Of a DNA stretch of 64,000 nucleotides, positions 18,958 through 28,716 are shown in pieces. The stretch covers positions 1 to 64,000 of the forward strand of contig JAKQPS010000157.1 in the NCBI GenBank assembly GCA_029564595.1, read 5' to 3'. This DNA is from a bacterium. Lineage in GTDB: Bacteria > UBP15 > UBA6099. Under the pieces are notes generated by a model. It had not been told where the DNA came from, searched no databases, and saw only the letters and a program-made list of their open reading frames with translations. Both the position numbers and the translations under genes were made by a program. Each line of letters starts with the position of its first letter. The first letter of the stretch is position 1.

Positions 18958-19089
18958 GAACAAATCTCCTAGAGCCGGCTAAAAGCCTGACAACTTATAT
19001 GTGAATTTTACATTTTTCCGACGGATAGCGCCATCGGAGGGGAAAAAGAGGGAGCGGAGCGCGGGCGGCGAGGGTGTGCCCGGATTCTT

Positions 19090-19138
19090 GACCTCTGAAA
19101 AATATTGTAAATGTCTGCGATGGCTTTTTTCAGAGGTC
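19090..19138. promoter_or_regulatory. Perfect 13-bp inverted repeat GACCTCTGAAAAA-N23-TTTTTCAGAGGTC in the divergent intergenic region between the ATPase gene and the protease gene
   Basis: Directly visible palindrome arms. Its position between divergent starts suggests an operator, or a terminator/insulator hairpin. Confidence 0.35.
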
Positions 19139-19285
19139 GCGGATTCTGGTTTAATTTGATTTGATAATGAGATATAATATCAAACTTAAATGCGCGCCGA
19201 AGGCGGAGCGCGCGGGGTTGATGTTGAGATTGACGTCAAGTTGCGGCGCGGGTTTTTCATAGGCGCGCGGTCGCGGCGGAACATA

Positions 19286-21334
19286 ATGATGAAATCAAAA
19301 GCAAGGATAATTCTCGGAGCGCTGGCGGTTCTTGTGACAGTCGTTTCCGGGGCGATGACGCGAGTCGCCGGGGCGGCTCCGGCTGTTTCATATATGGCCG
19401 CGTCAGAGGTCAAGCCCGGAATGGAAGGATACGGGCTGACGGTGTTTGAGGGGCTGGAGGTATCGAAATTCCCGGTGAAGATAAAAGGAGTGATGCCGGG
19501 GGCGGGAGTTAGCGGGGGGCCGCTGATACTGATAGAGTTGACCGGGCCGGAGCGGGAAAAATACGGCGGGGTGTCGATGGGGATGAGCGGCTCTCCGATA
19601 TATGTCGGGGGCAAGCTCATCGGAGCATTGTCCATGACTTTTCCGATGACGGATCATCATCTGGGCGGGGTGACGGATATCGCGTCCATGTTGAAGGCGG
19701 CGGAGTATGACGCGCCGAGGGCTGGGACGGTCGAGTTCGACGCGCCTTTCGAGCATGACGGAAAGGTTTTTACGAGAATAAGTTATGAAACTGGCAGAGA
19801 CGAGATAGCGGGGACATTATTTGCGAGCGCGGCGGCGGCTCCGGCGATGGTTCGCGGGGTGACGGCGCGAACGATGCCTTTTGCAAAGAGAATATTCGAG
19901 GGAACGGGAATAGAAGTGACGGACGCGGGCGGCGCATGGGCTGGGGCGAAAACGGGACGCACCGTAATCGGACCCGGCTCGGAGATAAAACCCGGCAGTT
20001 CGGTGGCTGTGTTGTTGTTGACGGGAGACATGGAAGTGTCGGCGGCGGGAACTGTGACGCACGTGGACGGCAAGCAAGCCCTGATGTTCGGGCATCCGCT
20101 GTTCAGGAAGGGAGATGTTAGGTATCTGCTGGCGGACGCGCCGGTGCTCGCGGTGGCGCGAGGCACTGACATGTCGTTCAAAGCCGCCGCGACCGGGGCG
20201 CTTCGAGGAGAGATAACTCAGGACCGCGGCCCGGCTCTGGTGGGACGGCTGGACAGTTTTCCTCTGCTGATACCGTTCGACATAACCGTCACTGACGGAG
20301 ATATCGGCAAGACGGAGAAGTATTCGTTCAAGGTGGCGCGGGACGAGGATTTGTTGAGCAATCTGGCGGCGATGGCGGCGCTCCAAAGTCTCGACAACAC
20401 TATCGACAGGCTCGGCAAAGGAACCTCCAGAGTGTCGTTTTCCATAGGATGTTCGACCTGCGAAAAACCTGTCGAAAGGGAAAACATGTTTTACGACGGG
20501 GACGACATCGCGGCGTTGTCTCTGGTGGAGTTCGTGACGGCTCTTCAACTGCTCAAGGACAACAAATACGCGGACGCGGAAGCGCGCAAGTTAAACCTGA
20601 ACGTCGAGATAGATTCGAAGAACTCTTACGCGCTTATAGAAAAAGTGGAGATAGACGGCGGGGACGAAGAGAAACCGGAAGCGGAAGAAACGAAGACGGG
20701 CGAAAATGCGGCATCCGCCGCCGAGCTGGATGCTAAAGCTGAAGAAAAAGAGCCGAGCGCGGCTGGAGAAAAGGCAAACAAGGAAAAGGAAAAGCCGCCG
20801 GTGGTGAAGCGCGGGCAGAAGCTGGGGCTGAAGGTGTCTGTGAGGCCGTACCGGAGCGAGACGGTAGAGGAAAAAATATGGTTGAAAGTGCCAGCCGACA
20901 TAGCGCCCGGACGCGCGGTGATAAGCGTTTTCTCCGGAGCCAGAGAGCTTCCGTCGGCGGCCCCGGAAATGTTGCTGATAAAAATCCAAGTCGAGGGGCA
21001 GGAAAGACAAGACGAAAAAGACCCTCATTTCCTTCGCGAAAGAAAGAAGGAGAAAAGTCTGGATGAAGTGTTGAAGGAGTTTTCGAGTCGTCCGATGAAC
21101 AACGAGCTTGTGGCGAACATCGAGTCATTAGGGTTCTCCGGGCCGGACGACGAAGACGAAGAAGAGTATGAAGACGAGGATCGGAACAGGGATGGAAGAG
21201 CGGGCAAGCTGACGGGCTGGGCTTTGGACGGCGTGGCGTCGATAAGGGTGGAGGTGGAGGACGAGTCGCCGAAGGTTTCTCCGAAAAGAAACATCAGAAA
21301 ATCTAGAATAAATACTCTCAAGGGAGAAAAATGA
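19286..21334 (+). CDS. Secreted serine peptidase, SpoIVB/S55-like catalytic motif, with acidic C-terminal region
   Basis: N-terminal signal peptide MMKSKARIILGALAVLVTVVSGAMT. GMSGSPIYVGGKL resembles the Ser-nucleophile motif of SpoIVB/trypsin-fold proteases. The C-terminal tract is D/E-rich (DDEDEEEYEDED). Confidence 0.45.
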   Translation: MMKSKARIILGALAVLVTVVSGAMTRVAGAAPAVSYMAASEVKPGMEGYGLTVFEGLEVSKFPVKIKGVMPGAGVSGGPLILIELTGPEREKYGGVSMGMSGSPIYVGGKLIGALSMTFPMTDHHLGGVTDIASMLKAAEYDAPRAGTVEFDAPFEHDGKVFTRISYETGRDEIAGTLFASAAAAPAMVRGVTARTMPFAKRIFEGTGIEVTDAGGAWAGAKTGRTVIGPGSEIKPGSSVAVLLLTGDMEVSAAGTVTHVDGKQALMFGHPLFRKGDVRYLLADAPVLAVARGTDMSFKAAATGALRGEITQDRGPALVGRLDSFPLLIPFDITVTDGDIGKTEKYSFKVARDEDLLSNLAAMAALQSLDNTIDRLGKGTSRVSFSIGCSTCEKPVERENMFYDGDDIAALSLVEFVTALQLLKDNKYADAEARKLNLNVEIDSKNSYALIEKVEIDGGDEEKPEAEETKTGENAASAAELDAKAEEKEPSAAGEKANKEKEKPPVVKRGQKLGLKVSVRPYRSETVEEKIWLKVPADIAPGRAVISVFSGARELPSAAPEMLLIKIQVEGQERQDEKDPHFLRERKKEKSLDEVLKEFSSRPMNNELVANIESLGFSGPDDEDEEEYEDEDRNRDGRAGKLTGWALDGVASIRVEVEDESPKVSPKRNIRKSRINTLKGEK

Positions 21335-21337
21335 TAA

Positions 21338-21904
21338 ATGGAAAAGAAGAAAAAGGCCGCCGCTAGGCAGAAAAGGGCGCAGGCCCCGGACGTGGCGGTT
21401 GTTATGGGAAGCGATTCCGACCTTAAAAGCATGACGGCGTGTTTTGAGACGCTGGACAGTTTCGGCGTGTCGTACGAGGCGCATATCGCGTCTGCGCACC
21501 GCACGCATGATTACGTGAAGAGGATAGTGACGACGTTTGACAACAATGGCGGAAAAGTGATGATAGCGGCGGCGGGGGCGGCGGCGCACCTGCCGGGAGT
21601 GGTCGCGGCGCTTACGAACCTGCCGGTGATAGGGGTTCCGATGGAATCGAAGATGCTGGGGCTGGACTCGCTGTTGTCGATAGCTCAGATGCCTGCCGGG
21701 ATGCCTGTGGCGACGGTGGCTGTGGGCGGATGCAAGAACGCGGCTCTGCTGGCTGTTCAGATACTGGCTCTGGGCAGGCCGGAGCTTGCCTCGCGCTACA
21801 GCAGGTTCAGGGCGCAGCAGGCGGAAGCCGTAATAAAGAAATCCGAGCGCCTGAGGACTTCGGGCTACAGGAACTACTTTTCGGAGGGCGGTTCGACGAG
21901 ATGA
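21338..21904 (+). CDS. purE: N5-carboxyaminoimidazole ribonucleotide mutase
   Basis: VAVVMGSDSDLKSM...AHRTHD...IAAAGAAAHLPGVVAALT..PVIGVP are classic PurE motifs. Confidence 0.85.
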   Translation: MEKKKKAAARQKRAQAPDVAVVMGSDSDLKSMTACFETLDSFGVSYEAHIASAHRTHDYVKRIVTTFDNNGGKVMIAAAGAAAHLPGVVAALTNLPVIGVPMESKMLGLDSLLSIAQMPAGMPVATVAVGGCKNAALLAVQILALGRPELASRYSRFRAQQAEAVIKKSERLRTSGYRNYFSEGGSTR

Positions 21905-23226
21905 TAGACAGGTACACATACGAGCCGATGCGCTCGATCTGGTCGGAAGAGAACAAGTTCAGGAAGTGGCTGGACGTGGAGATAGCCGCGTGCGAGGCGT
22001 GGCACGCGAAGGGGAAAATCCCCGCGCGAGCGCTGTCGACGATAAAAAAGAAAGCCGCATTCACGATTCAGCGCATAGACGAGATAGAGAAAGAGACGGA
22101 CCACGACGTGATAGCGTTCCTCACAAACGTGGCGGAGAATGTCGGGCCGGATTCGAGATTCATACATGTGGGAATGACGTCGTCGGACGTGCTGGACACG
22201 GCGCAGGCGCTCCGCATGCGCGAGTCTGCGGACGCTCTCATCTCGGAGGTCAAGGAAATCCGCGTCATCTTAGAGCGCCGGGCGAAAGAGCACAAGTTCA
22301 CCGTCATGGTGGGCCGCACGCACGGTATACACGCCGAGCCTATGACTTTCGGAATGAAGATGCTGCTGTGGCTGGCCGAGATGGGGCGCAACCTTGAAAG
22401 GCTCGAAAGGGCGCGGGAGACGATATCTGTCGGAAAGATTTCAGGCGCGGTGGGAACATACTCGAACCTGCCGCCCGATGTTGAAGAAGACACCTGCCGC
22501 AGGCTTGGGCTTAAGGCCGCGCCTATCGCCACGCAGGTGATTCAGAGGGACAGGCACGCGGAGTTCATGTCGACTCTGGCGGTGGTCGGCGGCACTATAG
22601 AGAAGATAGCCACCGAAGTGCGCGGGCTTCAGCGAACGGACATCCGCGAGGCGGAGGAGTTCTTCGCGAAGGGACAGAAAGGCTCGTCGGCGATGCCTCA
22701 CAAGAGGAACCCGATCACAGCCGAGCGTCTGGCCGGGCTTGCGCGCGTGTTGCGGGCGAACGCCCACGCCGCAATGGAAAACATGGCTCTCTGGCACGAG
22801 CGGGACATCACCCATTCGTCCGTGGAAAGGGTGATAATTCCGGACAGTTGCATACTGCTTCACTATATGCTGGTCAGGCTGAAACGCCTTCTGGACAAGC
22901 TGTTGGTGTATCCGGACGCGATGCTTGAAAACCTCAACAAGACGAGGGGATTGATATTCTCGCAGCGGGTGATGCTGGCGCTGGTGGGCAAGGGAGCGAC
23001 TAGGGAGCAGGCGTACCACATCGTGCAGCGCAACGCGATGAGGGTGTGGGCGGAGAAGGCGGAATTTAAGGCGCTGCTGTCGGCGGACGCCGAAGTGGGA
23101 GCGCTGCTGAAGCCCGCCGAGTTGGAAGAGTGTTTTGAAGTTGAGTATTTCATAAGGCACGTGGACGAAATATACGAGAGATTTTTCCCGAAGAAGAAAG
23201 CGCGGGCGGGCAAGGCGAAGAAATAG
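21901..23226 (+). CDS. purB: Adenylosuccinate lyase
   Basis: MIDRYTYEPMRSIWSEENKFRKWLDVEI... and the fumarate-lyase signature GSSAMPHKRNP. The ATG overlaps the purE stop codon (ATGA). Confidence 0.85.
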   Translation: MIDRYTYEPMRSIWSEENKFRKWLDVEIAACEAWHAKGKIPARALSTIKKKAAFTIQRIDEIEKETDHDVIAFLTNVAENVGPDSRFIHVGMTSSDVLDTAQALRMRESADALISEVKEIRVILERRAKEHKFTVMVGRTHGIHAEPMTFGMKMLLWLAEMGRNLERLERARETISVGKISGAVGTYSNLPPDVEEDTCRRLGLKAAPIATQVIQRDRHAEFMSTLAVVGGTIEKIATEVRGLQRTDIREAEEFFAKGQKGSSAMPHKRNPITAERLAGLARVLRANAHAAMENMALWHERDITHSSVERVIIPDSCILLHYMLVRLKRLLDKLLVYPDAMLENLNKTRGLIFSQRVMLALVGKGATREQAYHIVQRNAMRVWAEKAEFKALLSADAEVGALLKPAELEECFEVEYFIRHVDEIYERFFPKKKARAGKAKK

Positions 23227-23244
23227 CCCGCGCGGGGTGAAGGC

Positions 23245-23952
23245 ATGGGAAAAGGCGCGTTGATAAGAGAAACGCCGGGGATGCGGGTGTATCAGTCGGA
23301 CGCGTCCGCCGACCGGTTCGCGGTCGAGTTCACGAACGACGCGGTTGAATGCGGCGCTGAGAAGTCGCCCATGTTTCCGGGAAAGGGAGTGCTGAACATG
23401 AAGATTGCCGCCGCGCTCTTCAAGAGGCTGGAAGATTGCGGAGTGGCGACACATTACGCGCGCGAGACGGGCGAGTCCGAGATGGAGACCGTAGCGGCGC
23501 GGATAATCCCGGCCCGAGTGGCGGTGCGCAACATGGTTTCGGATGAGTTCGCCGCTCGCACGCGACTCGCCGCAGGCTCGATACTCCCTGTGACCATCAT
23601 CGAGTTTAACGTGAAGATGGACGCCGTCAAGGAGTTTCAGCCCGGGATGCGCGCGCGCGTCTACACGGAAGTGACGGACGGCGACGTTAAGACGATGAGA
23701 ACGAGGGCGGCTCAAGTCAACAAGGCTCTGCAGCCGTTTCTTTACAGTCGCGGGATCGCTCTGGCGGATTACTATCTCGAATTCGGGAAGGACTCGAACG
23801 ACTTTTTCCGCGTGTGCGGGGCGCTCACGCCGGACAATTGCTCGTTCTGGAGCAGGGACACGCTGGAGAAGCTGGACAAGGACAGATATCTGCGGCCGAT
23901 GAGAGGCTCTGAGGCGGCGGCCGGCAGCGTGTTGAAGGCGCTGACAGCGTAA
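23245..23952 (+). CDS. purC: Phosphoribosylaminoimidazole-succinocarboxamide synthase (SAICAR synthetase)
   Basis: 235 aa immediately after purE-purB, with a G-K-G..L nucleotide-binding start and length consistent with short-form PurC. Confidence 0.65.
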   Translation: MGKGALIRETPGMRVYQSDASADRFAVEFTNDAVECGAEKSPMFPGKGVLNMKIAAALFKRLEDCGVATHYARETGESEMETVAARIIPARVAVRNMVSDEFAARTRLAAGSILPVTIIEFNVKMDAVKEFQPGMRARVYTEVTDGDVKTMRTRAAQVNKALQPFLYSRGIALADYYLEFGKDSNDFFRVCGALTPDNCSFWSRDTLEKLDKDRYLRPMRGSEAAAGSVLKALTA

Positions 23953-24040
23953 GCCTGTCGGCCGGACGATATTTGAAATGACCGCCGAAGGCGGCGCGAG
24001 ACGCGCCCGGCGGAAGCGCAGAATTTGAGGCCATAGAAAA

Positions 24041-25183
24041 ATGTCTATGCAAAGACCGCAACCGCAACAGCAGAAACCGCAGCAGGTTTTGCCTTCGCTC
24101 GAAGAGAACATAGAGCCGAAAGAAAGGCTGAACGCGTACCTGAGGTATCTGGCCGAGCACAACGGATCGGATGTCCATTTCAAAGGGAACAGCCCGGTGT
24201 TTTTCCGTCTGGACGGAAGGCTCCGCCCGGCAGACCCGCGCTCCGTCCTTCCCCCGCAGCTTGTGGACGTGATGGCGAAATCAATCATGAACGAGAGGCA
24301 GTTGCGCGAGTTCATAGAGACGAACGAATGCGACATGTCATACAGTCTGCCGGGAGTGTCGAGGTTCCGCGTAAACGTGTTCAAGCAGAGCGGGCTTACC
24401 GGGGCGGTGCTGAGAACGATCCCGCTGAAAATACTGACTATCAAAGAACTGGCGCTGCCGGACACGCTGGAAGAGCTTTCCAATCGCCCGAAAGGGCTGA
24501 TACTAGTCACCGGCCCGACGGGCAGCGGCAAGTCCACAACCCTTGCGGCGATGATAGACCACATAAACCAGACGCGCAATGAGCACATCCTGACAATCGA
24601 AGACCCTATTGAATTTCTGCACAGGGACAAGAACTGCAGCGTGTGTCAGAGGGAGGTCGGGCAGGACACCAAGTCGTTCGACCGCGCGCTGCGTTCGGCT
24701 CTGCGCGAAGACCCGGACGTGATACTTGTTGGAGAGCTGCGCACGCTGGAGACCATCTCGATGGCGATCACCGCGGCTGAGACCGGGCACCTAGTGTTCG
24801 CCACGCTGCACACGACGGGCGCGGTTCAGACCATAAACAGGGTCATCGACGTGTTCCCGCCGCACCAGCAACAGCAAATAAGGATGCAGCTATCTGTGAC
24901 GCTGCAGAGTGTGGTGTCTCAGACGCTTGTGCCAGCGGCGACGGGGAAAGGCCGCGTCGTCGCTCATGAAATTATGGTCATCAACTCGGCCATATCGAGT
25001 CTTATTCGAGAGAACAAAGTATTCATGATTCATCAGGCGATTCAGGCCGGCAAGGAGTTGGGCATGCACACGCTGGACCAGCACTTGGCCGAACTGATGA
25101 AACGCCGGCTCGTCAAGTTCGAAGACGCGGTGGCGAAATGCCAGAACGTTCCTGAATTCTCCAAACTAGTGGGCAGAGGATAA
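24041..25183 (+). CDS. pilT: Type IV pilus retraction ATPase PilT
   Basis: LILVTGPTGSGKSTTLAAMIDHIN (Walker A), ILTIEDPIEF, and GHLVFATLHTT (His box). Confidence 0.85.
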   Translation: MSMQRPQPQQQKPQQVLPSLEENIEPKERLNAYLRYLAEHNGSDVHFKGNSPVFFRLDGRLRPADPRSVLPPQLVDVMAKSIMNERQLREFIETNECDMSYSLPGVSRFRVNVFKQSGLTGAVLRTIPLKILTIKELALPDTLEELSNRPKGLILVTGPTGSGKSTTLAAMIDHINQTRNEHILTIEDPIEFLHRDKNCSVCQREVGQDTKSFDRALRSALREDPDVILVGELRTLETISMAITAAETGHLVFATLHTTGAVQTINRVIDVFPPHQQQQIRMQLSVTLQSVVSQTLVPAATGKGRVVAHEIMVINSAISSLIRENKVFMIHQAIQAGKELGMHTLDQHLAELMKRRLVKFEDAVAKCQNVPEFSKLVGRG

Positions 25184-25189
25184 CAGCAG

Positions 25190-26278
25190 ATGCATATAAG
25201 AGAGCTTCTGGACGTAATGCTCCAATCCGACGCGTCCGACCTTCACATGAAAGTCGGCAACCATCCGATGTTGAGGGTTGACGGGAAAATCGCCCTTCAA
25301 ACTAATCTGGCGAAACTCACTCCCCAGACGATGGATGAGCTGATAAACAGCATGCTGGACGAGGAGCACGCGAAGGAATACAGAGAAACATGGGAGTCTG
25401 ACTTTGCGTACGACTATCCGGGCAAGGCGAGGTTCCGCGTCAATGTGTTCCATCAGAGAGGGACGAAGGCCGCCGTGCTGCGAGTCATCCCGACAAAAGT
25501 TCGGTCTATAGAGGACTTGAGCCTGCCGCCGGTGGTGAAGAAGTTCTGCGAGCGCCCGCGCGGGCTTATCCTAGTGACAGGCCCCACAGGGAGCGGCAAG
25601 TCCACCACGCTGGCGGCAATGATAGACCACATAAACGCGACCCGCGAAGAACACATAATAACAATCGAGGACCCGATAGAGTTCGTCCACCAGAACAAGA
25701 AGAGCCTAGTCAATCAACGCGAGGTCGGACGGGACACAGGGTCGTTCTCGGCGGCGTTGAAGAGCGCGCTCAGGCAGGACCCGGACGTGGTGCTTATCGG
25801 CGAAATGAGAGACCTAGAGACCATCTCCACCGCAATCACCACCGCCGAGACGGGACACCTTGTGCTCGGCACGCTTCACACTACGGGCGCGGCCCAGACG
25901 GTAGACCGCATCATCGACGTTTTCCCTCCCGAACAGCAGTCGCAGATAAGGATGCAGGTGTCGCAGAACATTGAGGGGATAATCTCGCAGACGCTTGTCC
26001 GCAGGGCGGCAGGGCGCGGGCGCGTCGCAGCATTCGAGATAATGGTTCCCACAGGGGCGCTGCGAAACCTCATTCGCGACGGAAAAACATACCAACTCCC
26101 CGCCTCCATTCAAACGGGAAAGAACATCGGCATGCTCTCTCTGGAACAAGCCCTTTATGAGTTGATGAAGAAAAACATCATCACCAAAGAGGACGCGATG
26201 AACAAGTCTATGGACAGGGACTATCTGTTAGAGCTGATGACGGGCATACAGAAACAGCCGCAGAGAAGAACAACCTGA
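25190..26278 (+). CDS. Second PilT/PilU-family retraction ATPase
   Basis: Paralog of the preceding gene with the same motifs (LILVTGPTGSGKSTTLAAMIDHIN, GHLVLGTLHTT). Confidence 0.8.
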   Translation: MHIRELLDVMLQSDASDLHMKVGNHPMLRVDGKIALQTNLAKLTPQTMDELINSMLDEEHAKEYRETWESDFAYDYPGKARFRVNVFHQRGTKAAVLRVIPTKVRSIEDLSLPPVVKKFCERPRGLILVTGPTGSGKSTTLAAMIDHINATREEHIITIEDPIEFVHQNKKSLVNQREVGRDTGSFSAALKSALRQDPDVVLIGEMRDLETISTAITTAETGHLVLGTLHTTGAAQTVDRIIDVFPPEQQSQIRMQVSQNIEGIISQTLVRRAAGRGRVAAFEIMVPTGALRNLIRDGKTYQLPASIQTGKNIGMLSLEQALYELMKKNIITKEDAMNKSMDRDYLLELMTGIQKQPQRRTT

Positions 26279-26331
26279 ACGCGGCAGGCAAGGGCGGCGG
26301 AACGCCCGCGCCGCGCCGGAGCGCGAACTCG

Positions 26332-27321
26332 ATGGACAACCCGCAACGCGTCACAGTCGTCATCCCGAACTGGAACGGAGAGAAATATATCGACGAATGT
26401 CTCGGCGCGCTTGAGCGCCAGACTCTGGGCGGGCAGCGAGTTATTGTGATAGACAACGCGTCGCGGGACGGCTCCCGCGAAATAATAAAAAACAATCATC
26501 CCGATGTGGAATTAATCGAATCGAGCGCCAATGAGGGGTTCGCCCGCGCGGTGAACAAAGGCATACGCGCGGCGGACACCGAGTTCGTGGCGTTGCTGAA
26601 CAACGACGCGGTTGCCGACCCGGATTGGCTCGAAAAAGCGGTCGCCGCGCTGGATTCTAATCCCGGCTTCAATTCGGTCGCGTGCAAGATAGTTTTTTAC
26701 GACGACCCTAACACAATCGACTCGGCGGGGGATGAGTACGCGCCGTGGGGAGCCGTTTCCAACCGGGGGCATGGACTGAGAGACGGCGGGGATTACGACC
26801 TTCCGGCTCGTGTGTTCGGGCCGTGCGCGGCCGCGGCGCTATATAGGAAATCGCTGTTCGACGAGATAGGGCTGTTCGACGAAAATTTCTTCGCGTATTA
26901 CGAGGACACGGATTTGAATATGCGAGCGGCGCTAGCGGGTCGCAAGTGTCTCTACGCGCCCGGCGCGAGGGTTAGACATCGCTATTCGGCAAGCACGAGC
27001 GGCAAGACCCGGAAGCTGGGCGTTGAAGAAGTGTATATACATCTGACCGGCGTGGCCGTGAAGGGGTTGCCTGTCGCGGCCGCCGCGCCTCTGAAGGCCG
27101 CCGTTTTTCACGGGGCGATTCTTTTCTTTTTTGTTCTTGCTCGCCTGCGCAAACGCAACAGTCTGCCTTCGGTGCCGCTCATAAAATTCATGTCCGCCAT
27201 GTTGGCGCAGCGGCGCGCTACGGCGGGAGCGGCGAGGGTGAAAGCCGCCGAGTTGAGGCGTCTATTCCGGGCGGAGCTGTTGACGGCGAACGCGGTAGCG
27301 CGCGGAGACGGCGATGTTTGA
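26332..27321 (+). CDS. Glycosyltransferase family 2
   Basis: VVIPNWNGEKYIDECLGAL...VIVIDNASRDGS...NEGFARAVNKG and a DxD-containing region, a typical GT2 rhamnosyl/glucosyl-transferase architecture. Confidence 0.75.
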   Translation: MDNPQRVTVVIPNWNGEKYIDECLGALERQTLGGQRVIVIDNASRDGSREIIKNNHPDVELIESSANEGFARAVNKGIRAADTEFVALLNNDAVADPDWLEKAVAALDSNPGFNSVACKIVFYDDPNTIDSAGDEYAPWGAVSNRGHGLRDGGDYDLPARVFGPCAAAALYRKSLFDEIGLFDENFFAYYEDTDLNMRAALAGRKCLYAPGARVRHRYSASTSGKTRKLGVEEVYIHLTGVAVKGLPVAAAAPLKAAVFHGAILFFFVLARLRKRNSLPSVPLIKFMSAMLAQRRATAGAARVKAAELRRLFRAELLTANAVARGDGDV

Positions 27322-27363
27322 CATTGATTTTTTGTTATTCTAATATGACGCTGGGAGAAAATA

Positions 27364-28662
27364 ATGACTCTGGCGATAATTGTTCTTTTCGCACTGCTGT
27401 TGGCTAGCGCGCTCTTTTCGGCGTCTGAGACGGCTCTGGTGACGATGAGCAGACACCGGCTCAAGACACTCAAGGAGGAGCATCCGGCGCGCGCCGGCGC
27501 GATCGACAACTGGCTGACAAAACCCAACAACATGCTCACTTCGATTTTAATAGGTCTTAACGGCGTAAACCTGCTGGCCGCGATATTGACCGACAACATT
27601 ACAGAAGAGATGCTGGGGCACACTGATTGGCCTTCATGGACAGGCCCTGTAATCAGCTTCGGATTGGTGTCGTTTGTGATAATCGCGTTCTGCGAAATTC
27701 TTCCGAAGATGGTCGGGTACAACAACTCGGACCGCGTGGTTATAAAAATGATCAAGCCGATTTCGACTTTCCACGCGATTGTGTCGCCGATAGGCAAAGT
27801 GTTCGTGGCGATAGCCAACCTGACGCTCAGGATATTCACCGGGAAGTCAGGCCCGGCGGAAGGCCCGTTCATCACCCAATCGGAGATTCTTGGGATTGTG
27901 GATGACGCCGGAGAGCAGGGCATAATAGACAAAACAGAAAGAGAAATGATACGCAGCGTGGTCGAATTCGGCGAAACGCAGGTTAGGGAAGTGATGACGC
28001 CGAGGCCGGACATGCGGATGGCTCCGGCGGACACCACGGTGGACCGCATGGCGGTTCTGATGGAGGAGCACAAACATTCCCGCATTCCGATTTACGAAGG
28101 CGGGGAGGACAACGTCATCGGCGTGGTCAATTCGAGAACGCTGCTGCGCGCTCTGAAAGACGGACGCGACTCGGACCCGGTGAAGAACTATGTGCACAAA
28201 GCATACTTCGTGCCGGAGTCAAAGATGGTGGACGACCTGCTGCATGATTTTCAAAAGAAGCGGACGCATCTGGCGATAGTCATAGACGAATATGGATGCA
28301 CGGCGGGGCTGGTGACGATAGAAGACCTGCTCGAGGAAATCGTGGGTGAGATATGGGACGAGTACGACACCGAAGAGCCTCTTTACAGATGGGTGGACTC
28401 GGACACTTTGCGCGTGGACGCTAGGATCGACATCGCGGAACTGAACGATATTCTTGACGCGGAGTTCAACGACGACGAAGAGTTTGAGACGCTAGGCGGA
28501 TTGATTTTTCATACGATGGGCAAAGTTCCCAAGCAGGAAGAGACAGTCGATATAGACGGTTACGAGATGAAAGTGGAGCGGATGGTCGGGCGGAGGATTG
28601 CGTCGGTGATTATAAAAAGGCCGTCTTATCCGGGGCCGGAATCCGAGAACGGCGAGAAATGA
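27364..28662 (+). CDS. CNNM/HlyC-CorC family transporter (DUF21 + CBS pair + CorC_HlyC)
   Basis: N-terminal 4-TM DUF21 ([16 protein letters not shown]), a CBS pair ([11 protein letters not shown]..., [16 protein letters not shown]), and a C-terminal transporter-associated domain. Confidence 0.8.
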   Translation: MTLAIIVLFALLLASALFSASETALVTMSRHRLKTLKEEHPARAGAIDNWLTKPNNMLTSILIGLNGVNLLAAILTDNITEEMLGHTDWPSWTGPVISFGLVSFVIIAFCEILPKMVGYNNSDRVVIKMIKPISTFHAIVSPIGKVFVAIANLTLRIFTGKSGPAEGPFITQSEILGIVDDAGEQGIIDKTEREMIRSVVEFGETQVREVMTPRPDMRMAPADTTVDRMAVLMEEHKHSRIPIYEGGEDNVIGVVNSRTLLRALKDGRDSDPVKNYVHKAYFVPESKMVDDLLHDFQKKRTHLAIVIDEYGCTAGLVTIEDLLEEIVGEIWDEYDTEEPLYRWVDSDTLRVDARIDIAELNDILDAEFNDDEEFETLGGLIFHTMGKVPKQEETVDIDGYEMKVERMVGRRIASVIIKRPSYPGPESENGEK

Positions 28663-28716
28663 GACTCGCCGCCCCGCGAAGTCGCGGAATAGACTAGTCA
28701 ACAAAGGTGAACGCGA

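Noticed and set aside
22441-24630. 729-aa minus-strand ORF spanning purB, purC and pilT
   Set aside because: Antisense to three well-supported + strand genes. Arg/His-rich composition is typical of a spurious high-GC open frame.
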